Shown: positions 1-11,985 of the stretch, piece by piece
How positions within the stretch are numbered: position 1 is the first letter of the stretch
Layout: each line of letters begins with the position of its first letter
NCBI GenBank assembly: GCA_951406725.2
Contig: OX597834.1
Coordinates: 16,678,001-16,742,000 of the forward strand
Origin: Octopus vulgaris
Lineage: Eukaryota
Direction of reading: 5' to 3'
Length of the DNA stretch: 64,000 nt
Position numbers and translations under genes: made by a program
The notes under the pieces: model-generated
What the model saw: only the letters and a program-made list of their open reading frames with translations
What the model was told of the DNA's origin: nothing
The model's database searches: none

Positions 1-280
1 TCTCTTTTGCCGAACCGCAAAGTAACAGGGACGTAAACACACCAGCATCAGTTGTCAAGCAATGCTAGGGGGACAAACACAGACACACAAACATACACGC
101 ACACACATATATATATACATATATACGACGGGCTTCTTTCAGTTTCCATCTACTAAATCCACTCACAAGGCATTGGTCGGCCCGGGGCTATAGCAGAAAA
201 CACTTGCCCAAGGTGCCACGCAGTGGGACTGAACCCGGAACCATGTGGTTGGTTAGCAAGCTACTTACCACACAGCCACT

Positions 281-283
<3 letters not shown>
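1..283 (-). mobile_element. tRNA-derived SINE, family A (CORE-like accttgggcaagt), truncated by the window edge
   Basis: The reverse complement starts aggagtggctgtgtggtaagtagcttgct..ccgggttcagtcccactgcgtggcaccttgggcaagtg. The same family recurs many times in the window. Confidence 0.85.
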
Positions 284-328
<45 letters not shown>

Positions 329-335
329 TAATATG

Positions 336-426
336 TGACAATTATTCAATAGCCAAGATAAAACTCTGAGTTTCCACCTCGGCATCCAAAACTCAGAGTT
401 TTATCTTGGCTATTGAATAATTGTCA
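336..426. repeat. Perfect 38-bp inverted repeat with a 15-nt loop, inside a short element lying between (TA)n runs
   Basis: 336-373 tgacaattattcaatagccaagataaaactctgagttt is the exact reverse complement of 389-426. Confidence 0.95.
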
Positions 427-507
427 TATATCATTTTACAGATAAATTTCCTCTATTTACATAATATTGAGGTCTCTTTCTTTCTTTTGTTATCTTACCG
501 TTTTTAC

Positions 508-567
<60 letters not shown>

Positions 568-1439
568 CTATATAACAACAGAGGAATATTTGATGAAACA
601 ATGAAGAATTAAATACTAAAATTTAATCATTGTGCTCAATACTTTCAGAACATATCTGAAGTCTGCCTTATCTGGTCTCTATCTAGCCACCTCTATCTCT
701 GTCTCTCTTTCTTTTTCTTTCTCTCTGTCTCTCTCTCTCTACTATTGGAAATATATATACATTTGATAACTATTGGAGAGAGAGGGCAGCTATAGTTCAA
801 CTTCATTGTAAATAAGGTCATCTAAGCACACAGTCACACAACACATACTCCCCACCATTACCAGCACAATTACCACATTACATACATTGACATAATGAAT
901 TAGAGATATATACATGTGTGTGTGTGTGTGAGAGAGAGACAGAGACAGAGACAGAAAGAAAAGACACAAAAAAGACAGATTTCTTGAGTGCATAACACAA
1001 AGCAGAGCAGGTGAAAAGGTGAAATAAAAATGAAATGGTTTTCTTAAAGAAATCTATAGGAATAGTTGTTGATGGATGGCAGGAATAGTGATGGTAGTGG
1101 TGGTGGTGTTGGTGGTGGAGCAGCAGTGGTGGTGAAGGTGATGGTGAAAAGTAACAGCAGTACTGTCGGTGGTAGTGGTGAATGTAGCAGCAGCAATGGT
1201 TATGAAAAAGCAGATGTCAGTGGCAACTGTGATGGTAACAGTAGTAAGAGCAGTGGTGGTGGTAGTAGTAGTAGTAGTGCTGATGGTAGAAACAATGGCA
1301 TTTGAGGGAAGGAGTCTTTGTGTAGTGGTGGTGGTTGTTGTTGTGGTAGTGTGGTAATAGCATGTGTAGTGTTGTAATAACAGTGGTTGTAGTAGCTAGC
1401 TGCAAAGGTGGTGGCAGTTTGGTTGTGATTGTAGTATTG

Positions 1440-2130
1440 GTAATAGTAGTGGTGGTGGTGGTAGCAGTGGCATTAGTGGTGGTAGCAGTGGCAATTGATG
1501 GTGGTGGTGGTGGTAGCAGTAGCAATTAGTAGTGGTGGTGGTGGTGGTGGTGGTAGCAGTGGCAATTAGTAGTGGTGGTGGTGGTAGCAGTGGCAATTAG
1601 TGGTGGTGGTGGTGGTGGTGGTGGTAGCAGTGGCAATTAGTAGTGGTGGTGGTGGTGGTAGCAGTGGCAATTAGTAGTGGTGGTGGTGGTGGTGGTGGTG
1701 GTAGCAGTGGCAATTAGTAGTGGTGGTGGTGGTAGCAGTGGCAATTAGTGGTGGTGGTGGTGGTGGTAGCAGTGGCAATTAGTAGTGGTGGTGGTGGTGG
1801 TGGTGGTGGTAGCAGTGGCAATTAGTAGTGGTGGTAGTGGTAGCAGTGGCAATTAGTAGTAGTGGTGGTGGTGGTGGTGGTAGCAGTGGCAATTAGTAGT
1901 GGTGGTGGTGGTGGTAGCAGTGGCAATTAGTAGTGGTGGTGGTGGTGGTGGTAGCAGTGGCAATTAGTGGTGGTGGTGGTGGTGGTGGTAGCAGTGGCAA
2001 TTAGTAGTGGTGGTGGTGGTGGTAGCAGTGGCAATTAGTAGTGGTGGTGGTGGTGGTGGTGGTAGCAGTGGCAATTAGCAGTGGTGGTGGTAGCAGTGGC
2101 AATTTGTAGTGGTGGTGGTGGTGGTGATGG
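1440..2130 (+). repeat. GGT-rich minisatellite with unit ggtagcagtggcaattagtagt(ggt)n
   Basis: A constant core recurs with variable (GGT)n spacers, inside a wider GGT/AGT low-complexity tract at 1066-2260. Confidence 0.95.
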
Positions 2131-3420
2131 TAGATGTAGTAGTAGTAATAGTGGTGTTGGTGTTGGTGGTGGTAATACTGTTGGTAGCAACAAGGATGGT
2201 GATGGTTAATGGCAGTGGTTGTGGCAATTGTGAGGGTAACGGTGGTGGTGGTGGTGGTGGCTTCTTCGTTGTTAGCAACAACAGAATACTGTTATCATGA
2301 AATGAAAGTTTGACTCATCATATCATCAATACGCAGCAATGGAAGGTGTTGTGGAGGGTACATGGTGGGGGTCGGAGTCGGTGCGGGGGGGGGGGGGTCG
2401 AACTGTTGCTTGCTGGGATCCCTAGTTATATGGGATAGGGTTTGAAGAAAAGTGGCGGGGGGGGGGAGAAGGGATTACAACAAGTGTTGATGAGAAAATG
2501 GAAGGGATGCAGTTAGTGTGAGAGGAGATTGAAAGGGAAGAGGAAAAGGAAATGAGAAAGAGAGAGAGAGGAGTATAAGGACACCCCCCCCCCGAGAGAC
2601 ATAGAGAGGGGAAGATGGAAATTGATAGACAGACAGAAAAGGGTAGAAAGGAAACAAGAGAGAGAGAGAAAGTGAAAGTAAGCAAAAGAGGAGAGAGTAA
2701 AAGTATAAAAAGAAACTGAATATTAGAGAGAACAGAAAACTAAGAGAAAGTTTGTCAAAAAGAAAATCCACCCCCACACACATACATTATCATCATTTCA
2801 CGGGTGTTCTCTCTACTGATGTGGGTTCGATTGATCATCACAGTCGAGCCGCTCATATTTGGTACTAATGCCTCCATAGGATCATGGCTTACTTATATAT
2901 ATAATATATCTCATATATATGAAGATAGATAAGGCTGGTCTATGGGATTATCCTGGGTTTCACGTCCATGAAGTGCTTGGCTTTAGAGCAATATCATCAG
3001 ATCCCAAAATCTGTTGGCACATGGCCTCTGGTCTCATGATACGCTGTAAAGCTAAGCGCTTTATGGATGTGAAAGCCAGGGTAATCCTACAGACCAGTCT
3101 TATTTATCTTTATACTATACTGCTCTCTAACTTAGAACATGCTTCTTTTTCGGATTTATGATTTACCCACTACATGTATGTATCTATGTGTATATATATA
3201 TATATATATATATACATGATTTGTGGAAACACACATAGTGATGTATTAAATGTTTATAAATTCCTTCCAAGGATTATTGTTGTTGTTATATTTATCCTAC
3301 ATTAGATTAGTATAGCTCAATGCAACCCAAAAAAACTGGTTCACCCATCAGCATCATTAGACTGTCCCTGACATAATGGAATAGGAGCTTTATTTGCATA
3401 TTTACTCAAAACATTTCCCA

Positions 3421-3790
3421 GGCATGGCTTTGTGGTAAGAAGCTTGCTTAATCCCTTTGTCTGTCCTTGTTTGTCCCCTCTTTGTTTAGCCCCTTGTGGG
3501 CAATAAAGAAATAAGAAGCTTGCTTCCCAACCACATGGTTCCAGGTTAAGTTCCACTGCATAGCATCTTGGGCAAGTTTCTTCTATTATAGCCTCAGTCC
3601 AACCAAAGCCCTGTGAGTGGATTTGGTAGATGGAATCTGAAAGAAGCCTGTCATATATATGTATGTATCTATGTGTGTGTGTCTTTGTGTCTGTTTGTCC
3701 CCCACCCCACCCCATCACTACTTGACAAATGGTGTTGGTATGTTTACATCAGCATAACTTAGCAGTTCAGCAAAAGAGAATAAGTACTTG
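3421..3790 (+). mobile_element. SINE family A interrupted by a 5'-truncated family B SINE tail (3450-3511)
   Basis: A 14-bp duplication, taagaagcttgctt, at 3436-3449 and 3512-3525 flanks the inserted tail. Confidence 0.8.
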
Positions 3791-4005
3791 GCTTTAAAAA
3801 AAAAAAGCACCCACTACACTCTTGGAGTGGTTGGCATTAGGAAGGGCATCCAGCTGTAGAAACATTGCTAGATCAGAATGGAGCCTGGTGCAGCCTCCTG
3901 GCTCACCAGTCCCCAGTCAAAACGTCTAAGCCATGCCAGCATGGAAAATGGATGCATGATGATGATGATGATATATATATATATATATGTTCACACACAC
4001 ACACA

Positions 4006-4223
4006 TGAGGTGGGTACTGAAAAGTTCCTGGCTTTGGGTAAAAGAAAATACAGGAGGCTCAGTTAATTACGATTTTATTCAACCTATCCCCATCTCAGAC
4101 TCACACACTTATTGCAGCAGTCCTTCAGTTTTTCTAAGCCTTGTAAAAGAACTCTGAAGGTTGGGCCTACAACGAAGTTTTTCATGATACCCTTAAAGCC
4201 AGGAACTTTTCAGCACTCCCTCA
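4006..4223. mobile_element. Tc1/mariner-type MITE
   Basis: TIRs are tgaggtgggtactgaaaagttcctggcttt and aaagccaggaacttttcagcactccctca, with TA at the right flank. A partial copy lies near 49160-49302. Confidence 0.75.
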
Positions 4224-4698
4224 TATATGTTTATTCATTAAAAACCACAGCTGTCGTCAGAAATAAAACATGTATTAAAATTTATCCAGTGTGTATATTA
4301 CTTTATACATTGTTAAAATAACGCTACGGACAAAGGATTGCTCATATATTTTGCAGAGACAGGGTTTTTTTTCTAGGGTGTGTCTATCTTTGCAGATAAC
4401 AAGAATGAAAGATTTCTCACACATTCCACAGCTCTAGGGATTTTCTTGTTCTGTATTTCTTTGTGTGTTCCCGTTTTTCTTTTGGGCTTTGTGGGTTTTT
4501 TCTTTTTTTTTTTCTTTTTGTCAAATGAATATTTTCCTACAAATCTCAAAGCAATATACAACATTTCTGTTCAATAAACTTTAATTTCGTGACAATTTCA
4601 CACTACCTAAACGCTTTTCCTCAAATGGTCTTTCATTCTACCGAAAGATCATTTCCGTTCAAGTTTCTTCAAATTCCCCCTACATCTAAAGCTTCGAA

Positions 4699-4880
4699 AC
4701 GTAAAAGCACCCACTACACTCTCGGAGTGGTTAGCATTAGGAAGGGTATCCAGCTGTAGAAACGCTGCCCGATCAGACTGGAGCCTGGTGCAGCCATCTA
4801 GTTTGCCAGTCCTCAGTCAAATCGTCCAGCCCATGCTAGCATGGAAAGTGGATGCTAAACGATGATGATGATGATGATGA
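4699..4880 (+). mobile_element. SINE family C with (GAT)n tail
   Basis: Runs aaagcacccactacactctcggagtgg..ccatgctagcatggaaag..(gat)n. Near-identical copies occur at 3806-3970, 17950-18128 and 19900-20072, with reverse copies at 13855-14010, 46380-46515 and 58960-59055. Confidence 0.85.
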
Positions 4881-5556
4881 TATATATATATAGTTTATGT
4901 ATTTGTTTTGCAAGATTCTTGATGTGATATGTATGTATGTTTATGTGTTTGTGTGTACCCTTCTCTAAACATCATTTGAAGGCTGTGAATGAGCATCATC
5001 ATCATCATACAAGCAATGCTATAATTTTTTCCAGTCTTCCATGAAAAACATGTTTGGCCACAAGGGGGATTATTACCATGTTTGGAAAAAGGTGAAGGTT
5101 GGGGACAGAAAGAGCATCTGACTAGAAATCCTGCTTCAATAAACTGTTTGACACACAGAAGCATGGAAAACTGAACATTAAAATGATAATTTTGTATATG
5201 CATGTGTGTGTGTGTGTGTGTGTGTGATATGGATATATATATATATTCTTCATTTGTCAAATTTGGTCATTTTTTAAAATCAATTTTAAAATATAATTGG
5301 GCGAAGTTAAAATGTTTAATTAATACAGAATTGATGCATTCAATCTTTAAAAAAAACTGTGTTACTGTGTCTTTGCATGTATGAATGAATGAATGAATAT
5401 ATGAACATAAATGTGTGTGTGTGTGTGTGTATGTGTATCTATATATATGGTGGATTCTCTCATCGAAGACGATGAATGAGGGTTCAGTAAATATACATAT
5501 AGATATATTTCCCATGCCAGCATGGAAAGCGGACGCTAAACGATGATGATGATGTA

Positions 5557-5638
<82 letters not shown>

Positions 5639-6081
5639 GATAGATAGATAGATAGATATAAAGTCAAATCCAGGATTTATGACAAAGGATACAATTACAA
5701 TACACAAAAGGAAATAGATATGGAGTTCTTAATAATAGTTATTTGTTATGCAGTTAACGGCTTAAATTGCACTGTATGAATATGTTTGTGTGTGTGTATG
5801 TGTGTGTGTGAGAGAGACAGAGAGTGAGTGAGTGTGTGTGTGTATGGACACAAAAACACACAAGTAAATTCAATGTCTAGAAATTTAGCTGTATATTGGT
5901 TAAAAATTAGTAACCATTTAGTATTTATTAATCAATTAACCATTTTAATTTGGGCCAATTATGATTAAACATCACAGGAAATAACTAATTTTTATGAAAG
6001 GAGAGCAATTTAATTTATGGACTAAAATTACAACAACTCAAATTACGAAAGTATTCCTTTGCATCTCAAATGTACTAATAA

Positions 6082-6200
6082 AATGGTAAATGCTGAAGGG
6101 GAAGATCTAGGACAAACTGGTTTGATAACATCAAGGACTGGACTATTCCGTAATATGGTGCATGTGTGAGAATGGAAATCTTTGATGTTCATCTGCTAGG
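6082..6200 (+). pseudogene. Degenerate RTE-type LINE ORF C-terminal fragment
   Basis: 6100-6144 translates GRSRTNWFDNIKDWT, resembling the GRPRxRWxDxIxxW motif at RTE ORF ends. Confidence 0.6.
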
Positions 6201-6403
6201 AGGAGGTGACTCCTAATGATCATAGCACTTAATGACAATTAATTATTACAATGACATAGTTATTATGACGATGACAATAATTAGAGTTAATAGTTTGGCT
6301 GTATTGAATCAAATGTTTGCCAACGTTTTACTGAAACCATGTACAATTGTCTAAGTGGACTAACGAGTACTCTGTTGCTTATTATGACAAGGGTTCCAGT
6401 TAA

Positions 6404-7297
6404 CCCCTGGACAACGGTTGACGCAAATATGCGATCACACTTTTGCTTGCCTACCCGTGGTTAACGTAAATATACAATGTAGAGCATCCCTACATCTATC
6501 GTGGACTTTTTAGTGGCTGACGTATGTTTACGTTCGCTATCGTGTACTTTATCTCTTGAGGTGCGCATGCACGCCGTCCCATGCATTATCTTAGCTATCT
6601 TAGGTTATGTTCAAGTCATGAGACTAGCAGTAAGCCAATGACATGCGGATACTTTACATGCATAATACCGCGTTTTGAGTTGTACCACACGCATAACTCT
6701 TCTTCTTGAGACCTTTATTCTCTTGAAAAATGCCGCCGCCGTGGTGATCTCATTCTCGCCCACAACATCATAAGCAGAAAGTGTAACCTCTCGAAAGAGC
6801 TGTTCTTCACTCCTGCTCCAGAGCGTCGGCTGCGGGGTCATTCCGAAAAGCTCTACCTGCGACGATTTCATCTCAATCGAAGGAGAGGAGCTTTCTCCGT
6901 CCGAGTTGCAGATCCGTGGAACAAGCTGCCAGACGAGATGGTGAAGATGCCGACGACCGCTTTGTTCAAAGCCTCCCTTGACCTCAAGTGGCCTGAACTC
7001 TTTACATGAACACCACCCTGTACTTAACTCCATGTCCCCCTACATGGCCTTGCTATTTGCTTTTGAGCCAAATTAACTAACTAACTAACTAACTCATGCA
7101 TATCATATTATGATAAATACCATCACATAGTCCGTTTTCATAAACCTGTAGACGTAAATGTACGACGCTATGTTATTGAAACGGTGAACGTAAATAGACA
7201 CGAGCTCGTTGGCACTTGTGTGTTTGTGTGGCCTCGTTAGATAAAAAAAAACCAGAGCAGTGTCTCGCATGCTTCAGGTAATACCGGCATCAAGGGG
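6404..7297. mobile_element. piggyBac-like non-autonomous DNA transposon inserted into a family D SINE
   Basis: Ends are TTAA|CCCCT (6400-6408) and AGGGG|TTAA (7293-7301). Removing the element restores the SINE sequence gggttccagttaatctgatcaatgg. Confidence 0.8.
6710..7095 (+). mobile_element. 5'-truncated CR1-clade LINE (ORF2 C-terminus, 3'UTR and (TAAC)n tail) nested in the piggyBac-like element
   Basis: 6710-7009 is an open frame reading DLYSLEKCRRRGDLILAHNII..LRGHSEKL..RRGAFSVRVADPWNKLPDEMV..FKASLD..*, typical CR1 motifs. A possible TSD, taactc, lies at 6694-6699 and 7090-7095. Confidence 0.9.
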
Positions 7298-7302
7298 TTA
7301 AT

Positions 7303-8076
7303 CTGATCAATGGAAAAGCTTGCTTGTGAAACTAACATGCAAGTGGCTGAGTACTCCACAGACACACATGTCTTTAATGTGGTTCTTGGGAAGATTCAGC
7401 GTGACACAGAATGTAACATGGCTGGCCCTTTCTGATCAATGGAAAAGCTTGCTTGTGAAACTAACATGCAAGTGGCTGAGTACTCCACAGACACACATGC
7501 CTTTAATGTGGTTCTTGGGAAGATTCAGCGTGACACAGAATGTAACATGGCTGGCCCTTTCTGATCAATGGAAAAGCTTGCTTGTGAAACTAACATGCAA
7601 GTGGCTGAGTACTCCACAGACACACATGCCTTTAATGTGGTTCTTGGGAAGATTCAGCGTGACACAGAATGTAACATGGCTGGCCCTTTCTGATCAATGG
7701 AAAAGCTTGCTTGTGAAACTAACATGCAAGTGGCTGAGTACTCCACAGACACACATGCCTTTAATGTGGTTCTTGGGAAGATTCAGCATGACACAGAATG
7801 TAACATGGCTGGCCCTTTCTGATCAATGGAAAAGCTTGCTTGTGGAACTAACATGCAAGTGGCTGAGTACTCCACAGACACACATGCCTTTAATGTGGTT
7901 CTTGGGAAGATTCAGCGTGACACAGAATGTAACATGGCTGGCCCTTTCTGATCAATGGAAAAGCTTGCTTGTGAAACTAACATGCAAGTGGCTGAGTACT
8001 CCACAGACACACATGCCTTTAATGTGGTTCTTGGGAAGATTCAGCGTGACACAGAATGTGACATGGCTGGCCCTTT
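7303..8076. repeat. Tandem array of 6 x 129 bp derived from a family D SINE segment
   Basis: The unit ctgatcaatgg..ctggcccttt starts at 7303, 7432, 7561, 7690, 7819 and 7948, with only a few substitutions. Confidence 0.95.
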
Positions 8077-8479
8077 GAAATACAGGTAGCACCTATTTCA
8101 TACCAGCCGAGTGGACTAGAGCAATATGAACATGGCCTCAGTCACATGATTGAAGCAAGTAAAAGATAAAAGATGCACAAAACTAATTCTGTCACCATGC
8201 ATCATCATTATTATTATTATTATTATCTCTCTCTCTCTTTCTGACATCTCTGCTTTATGCTCCGTTTTGTGCTAAGTTTTCTTTGGCCCACTTTGACCAC
8301 AAGTTCTACCAACCAACTCAGTCCTCCTTTCATTCGCACACACACACACACACACACACAACAGACGGGGTATATTTTTTTCCTTTTCTATAAGATTCGA
8401 TTGAATACCTCCAATGAGAAAACAACATCTGTTTGTGCTTAATAATATAAATCAATGAATATAAGTGTGTATATTTATA

Positions 8480-8594
8480 TGTTGGCTTTCTTATTTGTTT
8501 GTTGAACATACATACACATATATATATACATATGTATATACATACATATATATATACATATATACATATGTATACATACATATATATACATACA

Positions 8595-8681
<87 letters not shown>

Positions 8682-8731
8682 ACACATATATACACATACG
8701 TATGTTCAACAAACAAATAAGAAAACCAACA
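8480..8731. repeat. 32-bp inverted repeat enclosing a (TA)n-rich spacer
   Basis: 8480-8511 matches the reverse complement of 8700-8731 at 31/32 positions. Confidence 0.9.
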
Positions 8732-9292
8732 AGTACCCATGAATTCAAATGTAGACACATACGCACAAATGACTGTAGGCAGGATGCATTTTTATGAAAT
8801 TTGAATCTTTATCATTACCTACTACTACTACTACTACTACTACTACATTGTCGTAGTCATCATCATTTATATGTCCACATTCCCATATTGGCATTGGGTC
8901 AAACTTTCTATGACCTGATTATGACCTTCCTAATACCACTCCTCACCTATCTGAAAGGAAGATAATATTTCCTCTTGGCTAAACTGTTTTTGCAGATGAC
9001 AGGAAATGAATGCCACTATTCATATGATGGTCCTCCTCTAAGAAGTGCTTACAACTATCACATGATGTCTGTGGCAATGAGGAGACAAAGCGCACACCTA
9101 CATGTAATCATGTACTACAAGCTTCTTTCAGAAGGCTTTGATCAGCACAGGGCCATGGTAGAAGATGCTTGCCCAAGGTGCTGGGCAGTAGGACTGAAAC
9201 CTTTCATTGCCATATTTCTACTGAAACACAATGCTTTTGTTTCAATTTGGAAAGTAATGAAGAAATGAGTAAAATAATTTTGTCATTATTAA

Positions 9293-9731
9293 CCCTTTAG
9301 TATTCAGATTATCAAATGTAATGCTCCTTTTTTTTATCTGAATTATTTTGAATTAATCATGCATTATCCTAACCCTTTTGTTACCAACCTGGCCAAAACC
9401 GGCTCTGGCTCTGTAGTACAAATGTCTTGTTTTCTTAAGTTTTGCATCAAAATATACCACCAAACCTTGGTCACAATTTATGCTACAAACACTAGCTGAA
9501 TGATAATTAAGTTATTTTACTAAATTCTTTGTTATATTTAAAATAATTGAAAGAAACACATAGCATCTCAAAATAAATACAGTAACGAAAGGGTTAAAGC
9601 TTCCAGGTTTTAACAATGTTTATTTTTAGAATGTCATCGTAGGATAGGCCTGAGAGGCTAGATATGGCCAGTTTGAATATAAAAGCTGTAGAATATTTGG
9701 GACGGGTATGGTCGGTTTAAATGCTAAAGGG
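9293..9731. mobile_element. TTAA-flanked piggyBac-like MITE containing a second TTAA-type MITE (9373-9593)
   Basis: Outer ends are ttaa|ccctttagtatt and aatgctaaaggg|ttaa. Inner ends are cccttttgttac and gtaacgaaaggg|ttaa. Confidence 0.8.
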
Positions 9732-9831
9732 TTAAACTGGTGTTTGAAACAGATTAACGGGAAATTTTGAGGGAAGGTTTTGATTTAGATTACTTTAAAA
9801 CGGGAAGTTTATATCATAGTTTATAGTTTAT

Positions 9832-10260
9832 AGGCACAGGAGTGGCTGTGTGGTAAGTAGCTTGCTTACCAACCACATGATTCCAGGTTCATTCCCACTG
9901 CATGGCACCTTGGGCAAGTGTTTTCCACTATAACCTCGGGCCAACTTTAGCCTTGTGAGTGGATTTGGTAGACGGAAACTGAAAAAAGCCAGTCATATAT
10001 ATGTATGTATATATATATATGTGTACGTGTGTGTGTGTATTTACGTTTATGTGTCTGTGTTTGTCCCCCTCTCCACATCGTTTGACAACCGATGCTGGTG
10101 TGTTTACGTCCCCGTAACTTAGCAGTTCAGCAAAAGAGACCGATAAAATAAGTACTAGGCTTCTAAAGAATAAGTCCTGGGGTCGATTTGCTTGACTAAA
10201 GGTGGTGCTCCAGCATGGCCGCAGTCAAATGACTGAAATAAGTAAAAGGGATAAAGAGAG
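9832..10260 (+). mobile_element. Full-length SINE family A
   Basis: Has the tRNA-like head ggcacaggagtggctgtgtgg..ccaggttcattcc, an internal TA/TG repeat and an A-rich tail. Confidence 0.85.
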
Positions 10261-11045
10261 AAATCATAGAACCAAGGGCTGTTTCTGGCAGCTTGGTATA
10301 AAAATGGTTAAACAAGGGCTATGATGGACAGTATAGTCTCTGATATGCTACACAACAGGATGGTCATGGTTAGAATGCTTTGATCATAGATCTGTTTGTT
10401 TAGTGAATAATTTAATAATAGAAAAATCTTCAAAATATTTGTTTGCTTTGACCCTTTAGCATTTAAACTGGCCACATCCAGCCCAAATATCCTATCTGCT
10501 TGACGTTCAAACTGGCCAAGTCCAGCCTTTCACACCTACCCTACAATGTCATTCTAAAAATAAACAATCATATCGTTGAAATCTCAAAGTTACAAGGCAA
10601 TGCATGAGTAATTCAAAATAATGTGGGTAAATAAACATTAGAGATTTGACAGAATCTGAGTGCTGAAGGGTTAATACACACTTCTTACAAACGTATTTGT
10701 AAGACTGAACAACTATGAATAGATGTTGAATAAAACCAGAGCCGTTCAGTAGCTGCAGACTTGATTGACTTAAAAGTGTGACTTAGTGGTGAGCAGAATG
10801 TATTAAGAGAATTGATTAATTATATGCTTGCAGTGACCCTTTTCACAGCTGCTGGATGTCCTGAACTTTGAAAGGAAAAGTCAAGGGTAATCTGGTGAGA
10901 ATTAGAGTCTAATAATAGAAATGTTGCATGGTTGTGTTATCAAGAAGCTTACTTCCCAACCATGCTAGCATGGAAGGCAGCTGTTAAACTATGATGATGA
11001 TATCTTTTACTTGCTTCAATCATTAGATTGTGGCCATGCTAGGGT

Positions 11046-11138
11046 CATCATCATTATTGTTCGACCGTGGTCGAGACAATGGAATTTACCATGCTTCGCC
11101 AGACTTCACGGTCCATCATGGCATTACGGAGGTCCTGT
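11046..11138 (-). mobile_element. 5'-truncated RTE-like LINE 3' end inserted into a SINE
   Basis: Minus strand reads QDLRNAMMDREVWRSMVNSIVSTTVEQ* followed by (tga)n. A 9-bp TSD, tgctagggt, lies at 11037-45 and 11139-47. Confidence 0.85.
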
Positions 11139-11942
11139 TGCTAGGGTACTACCTTGAAGAAATTTAGTCGAATGAATCCGCTCCAGAGAGCAGCTTATTG
11201 TGTGTGTATGTGGGGGCCACAAGACATAACGCCATTTTACAGGGGTGGAATAAATAATAGGCGGTAACAGCAGTGAAAAAGTAAAATAGTCAAGTGGCTG
11301 AAGTAATTATCTATTCTCTCCTAGGTTCCAAGTTCAAATCCACTGCCAGCATTATTGTTGTTGGAATTCTTGTAAGGACAGAATTCTCTGTGCCTCAATC
11401 CATCCACTTTTTGTTGGGGAATACAAAATCAGATGATACATTTTTCTACTACAGGCACAAGGCTTGTAATTTTGGGGGAGGGGGTTAGTCAATTACAGTG
11501 ACCCCCAATGCTCAACTGGTATTTTACTGATCCCCCAAATGGATGAAAGGCAAGATTAACCTAGGTGGGATTTGAACTCATCAGAGGGTGAATCCAAAAG
11601 AAATGCCACTGAAGCATTGTGTCTGGCATGATAACAATTCTGCCAGCTACTTGAGATAAACTTGTGCTCTCTCCAGGAGCAAACACATGCTGCTCCATAC
11701 CATGAAACTGGTGTTAAGCACCAGTTCTGACAACACTCCTTGTGACTTCAGAAATATTTATATTTAACTTTGTGGCACCAGTAGCAGTTGTGATGGTGGT
11801 GACAGTGGTTGCTGTTGTTGTTGTTGTGGTGGTAGAAGTAGTGATCTTTCTAAGTGCTACAAGCAGCTGTTGACTAAACAAAACTAGTAAAGAAATTGAA
11901 GTAGTTAAATATTTTGAACTTCTAAATAATACACCCATACAC

Positions 11943-11985
<43 letters not shown>

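Noticed and set aside
1066-1305. Gly/Ser-rich 79-aa ORF
   Set aside because: It is a low-complexity GGT/AGT tract with no splice or domain support, antisense to the host gene.
2821-2870. Plus-strand DHHS codons resembling the DHHC motif
   Set aside because: Wrong strand, no CPWVGNC continuation and an in-frame stop. The DHHC exon probably lies beyond position 1.
4690-4710. GAAACGTA string like the hammerhead 3' half
   Set aside because: It is formed by the junction with a family C SINE, with no upstream CTGAnGA.
6611-7033. 140-aa minus-strand ORF
   Set aside because: It is the antisense shadow of the plus-strand CR1 fragment.
7320-8078. 252-aa ORF with a 43-aa repeat
   Set aside because: It is a by-product of the 129-bp SINE-derived array and lacks an ATG start. 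It is also not CRISPR, because there are no unique spacers.
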